A DNA stretch of 64,000 nucleotides. It comes from Tubulanus polymorphus. Its lineage: Eukaryota; Animalia; Nemertea. Position 1 is the stretch's first letter. Every line of letters begins with the position of its first letter. The notes under the pieces were generated by a model that was not told the origin of the DNA, ran no database searches, and worked only from the letters and a program-made list of their open reading frames with translations. The stretch spans positions 8,969,859 to 9,033,858 of the forward strand of contig NC_134036.1 in assembly GCF_964204645.1 (NCBI RefSeq), given 5' to 3'. Of this stretch, positions 45,908-59,117 are shown in pieces. A program made the translations under genes and the position numbers.

Positions 45908-48900
45908 AAACCATTTTAATGACAAAAATAATCAAAAATCATGTTGACCTATACTTGAAAAAGCTGCATTTAATCTTCCAATTGAATTTTGATTAAATTA
46001 TTGCCATGAAATAAAGGCAATTTCGATCAATCTTAAAACTTCAAAACTTATCACATTATACAAACAGATTTAGCTCGATGGTTATCGGTTAGAGTTTTAT
46101 CACTCATATATTTCACATCCTCAAAGAGCATATTCAGAATATTTTAACTGCCCTGAAAACTATATAGCGTTTGCATACAGTTTTGCACTACTGTTTATAC
46201 GCTGTTTATATTGTCACGTATCACTGCAAATCTGAAGCATATGTCGCTATTTATAACAGGGAATCTGGCAAGCGAATCCAAACTGAAAAGAAGACGCTTT
46301 TGGAGAGTGGCATGAACGCGGGGGGGGGGGCAGACTTGAAATAAATGCCATTGAGTAATTCAGTAAAATGTTCCAGAATCTAGCTTTTGGAGAAAGGGCC
46401 ACAGGTGCATAAGGCACAAAAGGGGTGTGGTCTTTGAAGAATGAGATGCGTTTAGGTGCTTTCTGAGCACTTTCTTAGTTGAAATTAGGAATGGTATATG
46501 CTCACAATTTCAGGCGTGTTTTATGTGAAAAAGGATAATAACGATTACAATAGATTCAATGAGGCTAAGATTATCTTATGTATAAAATGAAGGTTAAAAT
46601 CTATCTAAGCCCACGAACTGTTGAGGAATTTCAGAATGTAACGCTATGCAGAAATACGACAATAACGGTTTTACACTCGTATCCTTTAACAGCAGGCGAT
46701 GAAAAAAATTATGTTCAAGCGTCAGAAAAATGGACGAGGGCCTGGCCCCATGTCTCTGTATTGTTCTCTGAATCCAAGAACGTCTATCGCACATTTGAGC
46801 CTAAACGTCTACTTTTACTTAGTAGCCACTTAAGATTTGCGGTGATACGTGACAACATGGACACATTGAGAAACTAGTGGAAAATTCTATACCCACGCTA
46901 TAGTTTGGGATATAGTTGTATTTTGAGTGTCTCATTTAAGCTCTGAAGATAGTCTAACCAATAAAAATCGAGATTGGAGTAAATTAGTTTACAAATTGTC
47001 ATTGGTTATGGCGTTTTACGATGAATCGAAACTTCCTTCTTTTTATGGCGATATTAGTTTAATGCAGAATTCGATTTTAACAAATGCAGCTATTTTCAAG
47101 CATGTCTGCATTCATATTTTGATTTAATTTCTTAAATTAGAAGCGTAATCATAAATTCAGGCTAACCTCTCATTATTGAAATGGTGGTTTATTTTCAACG
47201 GGGTCTGGATATCTTTGCATCATAAATTTAGATGTGCATTTTGGAGTGTTCGAACCTCCCATGATTTTATATAAATTTCGCTGAAATGTTGATTTAAAAA
47301 AATAAAATATGCTCTATCTATAATAGATTTATGCGGATCTATCAATGCATTCTAAAGAAACCTTCCGAGCTGAGGCCGAATTTAAAAGAAATAAGAAATT
47401 TCGTATAGTATTCAAGATTTCATTTGGATTACAGTAACGGCCTTTGGTGATCTTCACCGTGAGGTCATGAATGAAGAAATACCGTAATAGAACTCTTAAT
47501 ATGATAACATGTATTGAGATGAAACCGCAACGTTTTGGCTGTTGACTAACAGCCATCATCAGGTGGAATGTAGACATTCCAGTGATTTGAGCTTTAAGTC
47601 AGATGGCAGTCACTGAAAATCCGAAAGTTGTTGCGGTTTAATTTTGATAATTAAATGTCATCGTATAAAATTTTATTGCAGAATTTCTTCATTTATCGGA
47701 TTAGTGTTCTATTCGACTACTTCGGGTCATGTTGTCGTTTAGATAGAAAATTATTACTTGTCGCCACGGAAGGTATATACAACCGTGTCAGTCGCTACGG
47801 GATAGAGTCTCTGTATATCGGCATCTTAAATCGGCACCTTTGTTGGTCCTAGCCTGCATTCACTTCCAATCTAACGAATTGGTAACGTTATTCTTACCAT
47901 GAATGCCTTTTTGTCGTAGAATATGGTGACACTGATATAAAAGTAGTTTTTATTCTACGATAATTTGAGAAAATGAGTTATATTGGAAAAAAAACTGATA
48001 AAGTACCTTAAAATTCAGCGATTCATTGGCATTTTATTTCATTGGCATCTTCAAATAGAGTTTTGAGGTGCTAAGTTTATTACTATTAAGAGGTTATTAT
48101 TTTTGGTGGTCAGTGCAGTTTGTTTATTCGTTCATCAATCACTGTCTCGTTAGCCAGTGTAATTCACCTGTTGACTGATAGCTGCTGCTGAGCTTTTGAT
48201 AACCTATACAAACAATTTACGCAACAAAGTAGGAAAGCATGTGAAACTGAAATTTCAGCCTTGCATTCTTTTACTTAGACCAGAAGAGGTTTTTTATCAA
48301 ATTGGAATAACTGATTTCAAAACTATGTGAACATCTCAACTGAATTTATTTCAGTATTTATTCAATCAATAATGATAATTGTTAGGCTTATTCTCACTAG
48401 CATACCCTCAGTGAGTAATGGGTATTAGATTATAATAAAATGCACTATCATTTTGATCTTATATTAGAAGTTGTAATATCATTTCAACCAAACTGTATAT
48501 AACTATGAAATGAAATTTCGGTTAAGGTATCAATTCTAACAAGCATTAAAGGGTTCAATATCCATGAACGAACAAGCAGAGAACAGCGTGACAAAGTGAA
48601 CATCACATGGATTACTTAAAAATTGATTGTATAGAAATAAACAATAATTGTAGGTTAATTCTAAGTATTTTAGATACATTTTTTGGGAAAATTTTTTTTA
48701 GTCTTTCATCCAAGTAAAGAGATCTAAAGACATAATCCATTTCATGAACATATGATTTTATTTGTATTTTCGTCTTTCATATATCCTTGAAGACAAATGA
48801 AGCCAAATTCAAAAAAGACAAATTCATTTCTACAGAATCAAAGATTTATGACAGTATGAATGCACCAGCAGGTTTTATAATCGCAAATATAAAACAAAAA

Positions 48901-50416
48901 TCATAAAATTCTAAATTAGATCTGGCACAATACTTGTTTTAACGGATTGAATCAATAATGATGTTATATAAATCAATAGTTTTCCTATTGGTTATTCCCA
49001 TTTTGTTGAGCGTGATATAATTTAGGGGGTTCTTAGCAACTCAGAAACTAGGATTTCTATTGACAGAACTGTATTCAAAGCATACAGAGTTCTGTATACA
49101 AAGCATATGGGGTTTAACAGTACCTTTGACCCTGTCACGTATCACTGCAAATCTTTAACAGATGTGGCTATTTTGAACAGGAAATTACTGTGCCATCTCA
49201 AAATGGTCAATTTTTCACTAGTTGACTTGTAGAAACGATGTGTTTTGAGAGTAGCTATTGTCGTAGGAGTTACTATCACTAAGTCGCTGTTTACAATCGG
49301 TTGGTTACAGTCACATCTACTGCCAGTGTGCACTATCAAAATGCTAGCACACAAGCACATCAGATGTTTTACAACAGTCACTTTTCAGCAGTAGAAAACC
49401 ACTGCTGTGGAAAACCAACTGAATTGAAAGGTAGACTATTTCGGCGTCATTTATTTGTTATTTGTGATTACATCCAGCAGTCAAATGATTTCATTTCAAT
49501 CGTTGCCTCAACGTCACGATTTTTTGTATATGTTTCTGTCATATCTTAAACTCGGGTCCCCAGGGCGAATAACTATTAAAGCCGTGAGACTACATCGATG
49601 TACCAATGACGTAAGCCGAAAGCCGTTACCGCTCTCCGCAAAATACATTCCTTACCGTAATCCAACTGAATTTTTATATAATATATGTAATGAAATTTAT
49701 CAATGAATCGGTCAAATGAAACATTTTCTTTAGAATATTTTAAAATGTGCATGGATACAGCGTAAATTCAAATCAGCGAAATTAATATAATAATCAACGA
49801 TTCAGTGATTCAGCGAAGTTCGGAACACCCCCAAAACAATGCACATCTGACTCCAATTCTATATAAATTGTCATCCGATTCTAGAAACGTTTTCGTATCA
49901 ATCATGGCAATTGCGCAATATAAGTATAAGGCTCGCACTTCTTTTAAACCCTTAATTTGGAATGTGTACGATGTACATTCCTAACTGTTCAAGTCATTCC
50001 TCAATGATAGGAGACGTTTGACTGAAACACTTTTGGATTCCTCGTTAGTCAAAACTACAAATCAACCGACTGATATCGGACCAGCAATAACTTCAAAAAC
50101 TGATCAAGTGAACTGACTGATCTTAATCTTGGATTAGTGAATACTGCAAATATAATGCAGTAAACCGACCTAGGTTACAATATTCTAGCTTCGGTCAGTG
50201 TATGCAGATAAATCCGCGCAGGTCAACCGACCTAGGTTACAATATTGTAGCCTCGGTCAGTGTTCCACTGATGAATCATACATTTGCCTCAACCTAGTCT
50301 GCCAGGTTACTTATTGCTTTGTCTTTATCCTGACCCAATCATAACCGTATTTCTTTTTTCAGCTTTACAACTGATTCCACGAATTTAAAAATTCCATTTT
50401 CGAATAATAATGTGTT

Positions 50417-50761
50417 CATAAATCTTTATAATGCATAAATAAATTATAATCATCTAATGAGAAAACTGTTTCTGGACCAATCTTTATAGTTAATTTTTTA
50501 ATCAAATATCTTCCAACATTATCAACAACATAATTATTATTATTACCGATTACTTAATCGGTAATGTTTATATCGGCAGATAAAAAAAATACTATTTGGA
50601 ACGTAAAAAGTATTTTGTGTTAATCGAGGAATTCTAACATATAAAGTTTCATCGGGATTAATATTTGAAGGATTATGTGTAATTATATGATGTGATCTTT
50701 CTGCTTTAATAGCATTAGATATTCTAGAAATCTTAGAAGGACTTATATAACTCCCACTCAT
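50417..50761 (-). pseudogene. Major capsid protein, 5' part (copy B, frameshifted)
   Basis: MSGSYISPSKISRIS...; continues to the TSD of the 10.5-kb insertion. Confidence 0.88.
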
Positions 50762-50781
50762 TTATTTAACAAAAAAATTAA

Positions 50782-52221
50782 TTATTTATTTTTTATCATG
50801 TTCACTAACCCAAAAATAATTGCACTTACAACTGTAATTGAAAATAAAATAATATGTTCTGCAGCAAAGTTAATAATGTTTCCTGCAGATTTCAATATAA
50901 AACCAACAATTGATGCAATAATTCCTGGTAAAGCTGCAGCAGATTTTTTAGATAGTTCCCATAAACATTTTGCTGATTTCTTTAAACCATCTTTAACTTT
51001 ATCTTGTATAGAATTATTATCATTCGGGGGTTTATCCGGTTTATTGGGAGTAGGAGTAGATTTTAAAGCATTTGATATAGCTAAACCAATTGTTGTAAAT
51101 AACATAGTTACTGCTGTTAGAATTGAAAGAATTGTTATTCCTTCAAACTTAAATAATAATTTTATTCTATCTTTTAGTGATATTTCAGAATTTGGTTTTA
51201 GTATTAACTCTTTAACAACAACTTTTAATCTATTAATATTATAATCATATGATTTTAGTAATAATTTAATTTCTTCTTTCTGTACTTCTAAATTATCTTT
51301 TAAATTATTAATTTCTTTTTCTAAATATGCATTTCTTTTTTTAAATTCAATTTCTTCAATAACTTTATTATCTCTATCTAATTTTAATTGTTCTATTTCT
51401 TTATTTTTATCAGTTAATTCTTTTTCTAAAGTTCTAATTTTTAAATCTCTTATACTTTTATCATGCGCAATTTTATCAGCTTCATTTCTTATACTAATAA
51501 TCTCTCTAATTGCTTTATCAGAAAATATATCTAAATCTTCTAATTCTTGATCTGTTGCATCAATTAATCCATTCGGTAAAAGTTTTTCAATTGGAACTTC
51601 TCTTGAATTAGGTTTACTAGTTTTGGAAGTTATATTCTGTTCTAAATTATTATCGATTGTTTCAAATAATTTATTAATTCTTTGTTTAAATACTCTTTCA
51701 TTTTTAATAATTTCTTCTTGTGTTACATCTTCTGGTTCATTACTATTTCTTATTCTCTTAATTCTAGATAGGTCTAAATTAAGCAAAGTTGATTTTGCTA
51801 ATATTTTTTCTTGTTTTTTATAAGAGATATCAATATAATAATCATCTTTCAAATGATAATAATATTCACCATCTAAAGATTTTAATTCTTGTACTAAAAG
51901 TCTGGCGCCTCTGGCATTTATATTATATCCAGATTTTTCAAATATAGGTTTGAAATTATAAATATATTCATTATATTCTAAATTTTGTTTTACTAAATCT
52001 GGATTTTCATTTTCAGGATTCATTCTCGATCTAGTTCTTCTATCAAATTCATCGGTTGATTGGGTTTTAGAACCACTATCTGCTAAATTAGAATTATATG
52101 TTGTATCATTATCATTATCAATATTAGTATCAGCAGTCGTATAATCATCATTGTTAGTATTGGCATCATCATTATTTCCCATGCCTTCCATTTCATAATC
52201 TTCTCCACCTTCTACATCCAT
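50782..52221 (-). CDS. Acidic/coiled-coil membrane protein (copy B allele with a different N-terminal region)
   Basis: True start is probably MDVEGGED at 52221; C-terminus conserved with 12847..14535. Confidence 0.82.
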   Translation of the reverse strand: MDVEGGEDYEMEGMGNNDDANTNNDDYTTADTNIDNDNDTTYNSNLADSGSKTQSTDEFDRRTRSRMNPENENPDLVKQNLEYNEYIYNFKPIFEKSGYNINARGARLLVQELKSLDGEYYYHLKDDYYIDISYKKQEKILAKSTLLNLDLSRIKRIRNSNEPEDVTQEEIIKNERVFKQRINKLFETIDNNLEQNITSKTSKPNSREVPIEKLLPNGLIDATDQELEDLDIFSDKAIREIISIRNEADKIAHDKSIRDLKIRTLEKELTDKNKEIEQLKLDRDNKVIEEIEFKKRNAYLEKEINNLKDNLEVQKEEIKLLLKSYDYNINRLKVVVKELILKPNSEISLKDRIKLLFKFEGITILSILTAVTMLFTTIGLAISNALKSTPTPNKPDKPPNDNNSIQDKVKDGLKKSAKCLWELSKKSAAALPGIIASIVGFILKSAGNIINFAAEHIILFSITVVSAIIFGLVNMIKNK

Positions 52222-52237
52222 TAATATAATAAAAAAA

Positions 52238-53563
52238 TTAAAATTTAAAATATAATATTCCTCCTGTAACAATTCCTATACAAGTTAAAGCTAATTTAGT
52301 ATTTTCATGGGATTTATTATCATTATCAGTTTTAATTATATCATGTTGAATATTATCAGTTTTAATATTTTCTGTAGTATTGTAATCTTTTATTTTGGAA
52401 TCATTATTTAATTTAATATTTTTAGTTTTAGTTTCAGTTGATTGAATATGTGTTTTTATTTTTTTCACCGTCCATTAATTTTGGAGCAGTGATAATCTTT
52501 TTATTTATATCATTCAATCCAAATGAATTATTTATTGTTGCAGTTTTAATTAGATTATTGTAACCAATTTTATTTCCCATCTTTAATACTAAATCATTAG
52601 AAATAATTAATAGATTAGGGCCTATACAATAATTTAATCTAATATGTGATTTATCTAAATAATTTTGATATCTTACAATGTTTTCTGGAATAGATCTATT
52701 TTTATCATTATGAATTGAATCTTCAAATAATACTTTGAATTGTTTCTGCGCATCGAATGAAGTGTTATCATTTCCAATTATTGGGGATCTTGTTTCAACT
52801 TGCGCACCTAAAATACATATCAAATGGTTCTAATAGATTGATTTATTGTTTGTATACCAGCTTTAGTAAAACCTTCACTATTTTCTAAAATGAAATTAAC
52901 CCAACCATTATTGTTTTGTTGTTGTATATTATTATAATATTTTGGTAATTCATTCGAATTTAGTGTTCTTATATCTGAATTTGTTATTATTTTTCCAAAT
53001 TCTTTAGTATACAATATTCCTAATCCACCCATTGTTCCAATTTTTGCTCTAAAATCTTTATTTGAATTAATATTAAATTCATTACATATTTTATAAAACT
53101 TAGAAAAATTAATATTATTATTCAATTCTTTAAAATATTTTGAACCTGGTAAAGGACATTCTAATTCATCTAATATTAATTTTATTTGAAAAGATGTATG
53201 AAATCTAAAGAGTGATAATATTAATGGTAAACTTGGTTTGTTTAAATGATCATTCCAACTAATTTCACATCCTGTTGTTGCACAATAAACAGCAAAATTT
53301 AATTTGTTCTGCCAAAACTTCATATTAGATTTTAATAACCATTGTTTTGCCTCATTTAAATTTTTGAAATTAATTGTATACACATGAAATATATTTTCCA
53401 TCTTTAAATGAAAACTATTACTTTCAGTAACATAAATATATAAATCAATTAATGAATTTAAAACTTCATTTCTATATGAAATATCTTTATTAAAATCTAT
53501 TGCTGGAATATTATATTTAATTGATTTATTATATTGGAAAGCTTTTGGAAAAATATCTACCAT
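52238..53563 (-). pseudogene. Homologue of the 462-aa protein, split by two frameshifts
   Basis: Three consecutive ORF pieces align colinearly with 11442..12830. Confidence 0.85.
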
Positions 53564-53579
53564 TTATATAATTAAAAAA

Positions 53580-54526
53580 TTAATAATTTATTAATTCTTT
53601 TAATAATTTATCTTATTTATACACCAATTGATAAAACTAAAGGTGTTAATGGGCTGAATATTGCTAGAAATGTCAATACAGAACTAATTGTAACCGAACC
53701 ACTGATAATAAAATAATATATAATTTTAGATTTTAAATATTTTTTCTTTTTAACTTTTAAATCTTATTCAAATTCTAATATTTGTTTTTCTTAATATGTT
53801 TATAATTTAGTTTTATTTATATCATGAGGAATAATATCAATATTATCATCCATTTATTTAGCAAAAAAATTACTAATTAGTAAATCTATACGCTACAAAT
53901 ATAACAATAACAGTTCCACCTAAAATCCATATTATTTCAAATTTCTGTTGTTCTTTACTTGGGGTATAATAATCTGATAAATTAGGTTTGTATAGATGTA
54001 ATTTTTCTTTATTTGTTACCGCGTTATATGAACTCATTGAAAATCTCTATGTGAAATCTTCTGATCATATAATTCCTTGTTAAAATATAATCCATATAGT
54101 TTTGTCTCTTTTCTCTATATTCTTCTGCTGCTTTATTGTATTTCTCTAATGCTAAATTATGTCTTTTTTGTTTTGATAATGAACCATTTTTTTCAATATG
54201 TTTAAATAAATATCCACCACAAGTAAATGCTAAAGCGTTAACAATTGCCGATCCTATAATAGTTATAACTGCAAAAACCATTTATTTAGCAACATAATTA
54301 CGCATTTATATGGGAGGAATATATTTTTGTTTTTCCAAATAATCAATAGTTAAATTAGATAAAGTAACTGCTAATGTTAATTTTAAAATATCATTTATAT
54401 CAAATCTATTAACATTAACACTTCCCATTTTAAATACTTTTTTAATACCATTGAATAACCAACAGTTCCAACTGATAGTAATGCTCCATTATATAATCCA
54501 GTTATTATCCACTAATTATCACGCAT
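53580..54526 (-). pseudogene. Disrupted copies of the 144-aa, 140-aa and 73-aa membrane genes
   Basis: Colinear with 10302-11425; starts at 53853, 54281 and 54526; deletions and frameshifts. Confidence 0.8.
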
Positions 54527-54882
54527 TTATTTATCAAAAAATTACTATCATCAAAATATTTAGTTATCTTATTTATGATTATTTCAACATTTATTTCATT
54601 ATTAGTTTCATTTGTATATATTTCAATTATTATTTTTTTAATATCATCGATGATAAAATCTTCATCTAATTCATAAAATCTTAAAGATTCTCTAATTAAA
54701 TTAGTAATCTTTTCTACATTTAAAGTTTCTTTATCTATTGTTGTTTCATACTCAAATGTTGTTTCATTAGAAAATGCAATATTTCTGATATGTGTGATTA
54801 CATCATTAACGTTAAATGTCATTTCTTTCTCACGTTTGAAATCAAACCCAAAACATATACTCGGTCCAACAGTTATATTCAT
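54505..54882 (-). CDS. Viral hypothetical protein (125 aa)
   Basis: TAAATG start; truncated duplicate at 55548..55862. Confidence 0.7.
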   Translation of the reverse strand: MNITVGPSICFGFDFKREKEMTFNVNDVITHIRNIAFSNETTFEYETTIDKETLNVEKITNLIRESLRFYELDEDFIIDDIKKIIIEIYTNETNNEINVEIIINKITKYFDDSNFLINKCVIISG

Positions 54883-54898
54883 TTATATAGGTGAAAAA

Positions 54899-55547
54899 TT
54901 ACTCTTTACATCTTATAACTAATTCATAAATTACAGGAAAGTTATTCAAATCGATTAAATAACCATTATGATTTCTTATTTCTAATTTAAAATTATTAAA
55001 TTTAGGAATGCAAGGTTTAAAATCACATTCAGCTAAATTATAATTTATTTGCGTTCCAAATTGTTTAACATTCTTTAATGGTAAAATGTTAAATATACTA
55101 GAATTACAAGTTATATCTTTAGTTGCTTCAAATGTTTTTGTTGGGTCAATTAAATTGCAATAAATATAAAAATGTGTAAAAGGTATTAAGTTTGATCTAC
55201 CGTATATGTTTTCTCTAATATCTTTATCTGGAGGAATTCCTAACAGTTTAGCTATAGGTTTTTTTACCATGTAAAGATATCTTTCTATTGTATGTTGATA
55301 AAGTTTAAAATAATCATTATCAAACTTTATTTTAATTTTATTAGAGCTCTCACTTTTTATGAATTTAATATTAAATTTAGAATCACTACCTAATCTAATG
55401 CGAGCTTTTCTATTAATTTCTTGCTCTTATGTTTCTAAATTATATAATCCTGGTGTAAGCATGAGTTGAAAATTTTTTCTTTTATCCTTATCAAAAATAA
55501 AAAGGCTTCTATGTTCATCAGTTTTATCTGATATATTGTAAAAAGAG
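54899..55547 (-). pseudogene. Minor capsid protein, 5'-truncated allele B1
   Basis: NSFYNI...PGLYNLET...FYIYCNLI...LIDLNNFPVIYELVIR. Confidence 0.72.
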
Positions 55548-56460
55548 TTACATAATGATTAATTCAACATTTATTTCATTACTAGTTTCATTCGTATATA
55601 TTTCAATTATTATTTTTTTAATATCATCGATGATAAAATCTTCATCTAATTCATAAAATCTTAAAGATTCTCTAATTAAATTAGTAATCTTTTCTACATT
55701 TAAAGTTTCTTTATCTATTGTTGTTTCATACTCAAATGTTGTTTCATTTAAAAATGCAATATTTTTAATGTGTATAATTACATCTGTAATGTTAAATTTC
55801 ATTTCTTTCTCACGTTTAAAATCAAACCCAAAACATATACTCGGTCCAACAGTTATATTCATTTATATAGTGAAAAAATTACTCTCTACATCTTATAACT
55901 AATTCATAAATTACAGGAAAGTTATTCAAATCAATTAAATATCCATTGTGATTTCTTATTTCTAATCTAAAATTATTAAATTGAAGAATACAAGGTTTAA
56001 AATCACATTCAGCTAAATTATAATTAATTTGCGTTCCAAATTGTTTAATATTTTTTAATGGTAAAATATTTAATATACTAGAATTACAAATTGTATCTTT
56101 AGTTGCTTCAAATGTTTTTGTAGGATCAATTAAATTGCAATAAATATAAAAATGTGTAAAAGTCATTAAATTTGAATTACCATCTACGTTTCCTGTAACA
56201 GTATCTCGTACAATTTCTAACAGTTTAGCTATAGGTTTTTTTTACCATAAATGCATGTTGACTTTCATCATGTAACTTTATTTTAATTTTATTTGTGCTA
56301 TCACGTTTTATAAATCTAATTATAAATTTATCTTCATTTCTAATTTTCAACCGTGCTTCTATTAATTTCTTGAGCTAATGTTTCTGAATTATATAAACCT
56401 GGTTTTAGAATTAGATGAAACCATTTATTTACATTTCTAATATGAATTAAAAAAGTATTA
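55548..56460 (-). pseudogene. Second diverged penton (allele B2) plus truncated 125-aa gene, in tandem
   Basis: 55548-56160 repeats 54580-55180 with many substitutions; the upstream part matches 61500-61870 instead. Confidence 0.75.
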
Positions 56461-56754
56461 TCCAGGTAATAATTCTATACAAGATAAAGTTAAGGATGGT
56501 TTAAAGAAATTAGCAAAATATTTATGGGAACTATCAAAGAAATCTGCTGCAGCTTTACCAGGAGTTATTGCTTCAATTGTTGGTTTTATATTGAAATCTG
56601 CAGGAAACATTATTAACTTTGCTGCTGAACATATTATTTTATTTTTAATTACAGTTGTAAGTGCTATTATTTTTGGTTTAGTAAATATGATATCAAAAAA
56701 TATCAAGTAAACCATGATATCAAAAAATAAATAATTAATTTTTTTGTTAAATAA

Positions 56755-57959
56755 ATGAGTGGGAGTTATATAAGTCCTTCGAAGAATCATAGAATATCTA
56801 ATGCTATTAAAGCAGAAAGATCACATCATATAATTACTCATAACCCTTCAAATATTAATCCCGATGAAACTTTATACGTTAGAATCCCTCGATTAACACA
56901 AAATACTTTTTATGTTCCAAATAGTATTTATTTATCAGCCGATATAAAAGTAATCGGTAATAATAACAATTATGTTGTTGATAATGTTGGAAGATATTTG
57001 ATTAAAAAGTTAACAATAAAGGTTGGTCCGGAAACAGTTTTCTCATTAGATGATTATAATTTATTTATGCATTATAAAGATTTATGGTTAACTAAAGAAA
57101 ATAGAAATAATATGATATTTCAAGGAATTCAATCAGAAAACCAAAATAAATTAAGATCAGAAGCTAATAGCGCAATATTAACTAATGATGTAGATAAATT
57201 GATAAAAAGTATATATGGAAGCGAATATAAAATTCCATTAGACTTTGAATTGATAAATAATAATGCACCTTTATATAAATACGCAATTCAAGAAGACGTT
57301 ATATTTGAGATAACATTTGCTCCTGTAAATGAAATTGTATTATCTAGCGTTGTTAAAGATATGAGTTATAAATTATCGAATATATGTTTAGAATATGATA
57401 CAGTAACTGATGAAAATATTTCAAGTATAATTCAAACTCAATACAATCAAGGATTTTCATTATTATATGATTATATTGATAAATTTAAAACTGTAACTAT
57501 TAATGCAAATGATGAAATAATTAATGAGAATATTAACTTTCCTAGAAGATCTATTAAAGGTATATTAATATTTTTTACCATTGGAACGTATACTAATGGT
57601 GCAATAAATGTTGATAATTATTATAATCCTGAAATAACAAAAGTAGAAATAACTATCGAAGGTATAGCGAATAAAATATTCTGTCAAGGAATGAAAATGA
57701 TTGATAAATGGCCAGAAATTAGAAAACATTTTATGAATGAAAAAATAAAATCATCTGAAAATTGTAACATTAATCAAATTGATTATTATACCGGTAATAA
57801 ATATGCATAAATATGCAAAAACTACAGAACACTAAAGATGGAATACAATTATTTATGAAAAAGAATAAAGGAATCAAAAATTTTAAAATGCACATTTATA
57901 TTATATCTGACGCACAATTAAATATTGTAAATTCACAATTAGATAGTATTCAATATTAG
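56755..57959 (+). pseudogene. Major capsid protein (copy C) with a small deletion and premature stop near the C-terminus
   Basis: 351-aa ORF ends at GNKYA*; the LWLDFRT...HGSG segment is replaced by a short aaatatgca duplication; the tail resumes to 57959. Confidence 0.88.
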
Positions 57960-57989
57960 AAATATAAAGTTAAAATTAAGGATATATAA

Positions 57990-59117
57990 ATGAGTGGTAA
58001 AAAAACTCCTAATACTAAAGAACAATATTTAAGAAATTTATATTACAACCCTGAGAGTTCGGTTGCTTATTCTTCTACTAAAAATATATGGTGTAAAGTA
58101 AAACAAGATGAATTAGATAAGATAATCCCACAAAATTTAGTTAAATATAAAGATATAAATGAATTTATGTTAGAACAACCAACATATACAACACATAAAA
58201 AAATTGTTAGAAAATATAAAACTCGTAAAACTATGGTAAGTTATGTAGATCAACAGTGGCAAGGAGATTTAATTGATATGAAAAATCTTAAAAAAGATAA
58301 TAATGATTATTGGTGGATATTGAATATAATTGATATTTTTAGTCGTTATGTATGGAGCTTCCCACTTTATAGAAAAGATGCTGTACAAACATCAAATGTT
58401 TTAAGAAAATTTCTTTCAGGTGGTAAACTAAAACCAGAAAAAATTCAATTTGATGATGGAAAAGAATTTGATAATTCATTAGTTCATGGACTTTTAGATT
58501 TTCATAATATTAAATATTTTTCGACAAAATCGGATAAAAAAGCAGCAGTTGTTGAACGATTTAATAGAACATTGAGAACAAGAATGTCAAAATATTTCAC
58601 AGCAAATAATACTTATAAATGGATTGATGTTTTACCAAAATTTATAGAAGGATATAATAATTCTTATCATTCTTCTATTGGAATGAAACCTATTGATGCT
58701 AGAAAACCTGAAAATGCTGAAATTGTTTGGAATAATTTATATGGAGCATTTCTTGTTGATGATTTTGGTGAACCTAAATTTAAAGTTGGTCAAAATGTTA
58801 GAATTTCTAAGTATAAAAAGATATTTGACAAAGGATACGATCGAAATTTTACTAGAGAAATATACAAAATAAAAAAGGTAATAACAACAAAACCATATGT
58901 CTATAAATTAGAAGATTTAGATGGTGAAGAAGTTGATGGCTACTTTTATGAAGAAGAATTAAGTTTAACTACTGAAAATCTAGAACAAGAATATAAAATT
59001 GAAAAAGTACTAAAAACAAAAACTGTTAAAAGAAAAAAATATTCTTTAGTAAAATGGGTTGGATGGCCAGATAAATTCAATGAATGGATATTATCAAGTA
59101 AAATTAAAAATATATAA
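57990..59117 (+). CDS. Intact retroviral-like DDE integrase with C-terminal chromodomain
   Basis: 375 aa; WQGDLID, QFDDGKEF, VERFNRT; YKIEKVL...LVKWVGWPDKFNEWI. Confidence 0.93.
   Translation: MSGKKTPNTKEQYLRNLYYNPESSVAYSSTKNIWCKVKQDELDKIIPQNLVKYKDINEFMLEQPTYTTHKKIVRKYKTRKTMVSYVDQQWQGDLIDMKNLKKDNNDYWWILNIIDIFSRYVWSFPLYRKDAVQTSNVLRKFLSGGKLKPEKIQFDDGKEFDNSLVHGLLDFHNIKYFSTKSDKKAAVVERFNRTLRTRMSKYFTANNTYKWIDVLPKFIEGYNNSYHSSIGMKPIDARKPENAEIVWNNLYGAFLVDDFGEPKFKVGQNVRISKYKKIFDKGYDRNFTREIYKIKKVITTKPYVYKLEDLDGEEVDGYFYEEELSLTTENLEQEYKIEKVLKTKTVKRKKYSLVKWVGWPDKFNEWILSSKIKNI

Larger units (their letters stand above)
39887..50416. mobile_element. 10.5-kb TIR DNA-transposon-like insertion inside the MCP gene
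   Basis: TIRs aacacattattattcgaaaatggaatt / aattccattttcgaataataatgtgtt with similarity over ~260 bp; TSD cata at 39883-39886 and 50417-50420; excision restores the sequence seen in the uninterrupted MCP copies. Confidence 0.9.
30250..56460 (-). mobile_element. Endogenous AT-rich Polinton-like virus, copy B, interrupted by two large insertions
   Basis: With the insertions removed, the minus strand reads penton-125aa (duplicated), membrane genes, MCP, integrase, ATPase, CTAG island, 201aa, 107aa. Confidence 0.88.

Noticed and set aside
46214-49190. Direct repeat gtcacgtatcactgcaaatct at ~46214 and ~49134 as LTRs
   Set aside because: Similarity lasts only ~50 bp, with no PBS, PPT or coding sequence between.
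40200-50100. Transposase gene inside the 10.5-kb TIR element
   Set aside because: Apart from the Penelope pieces, the ORFs are short and lack recognisable DDE or zinc-finger motifs; a spliced gene cannot be excluded.
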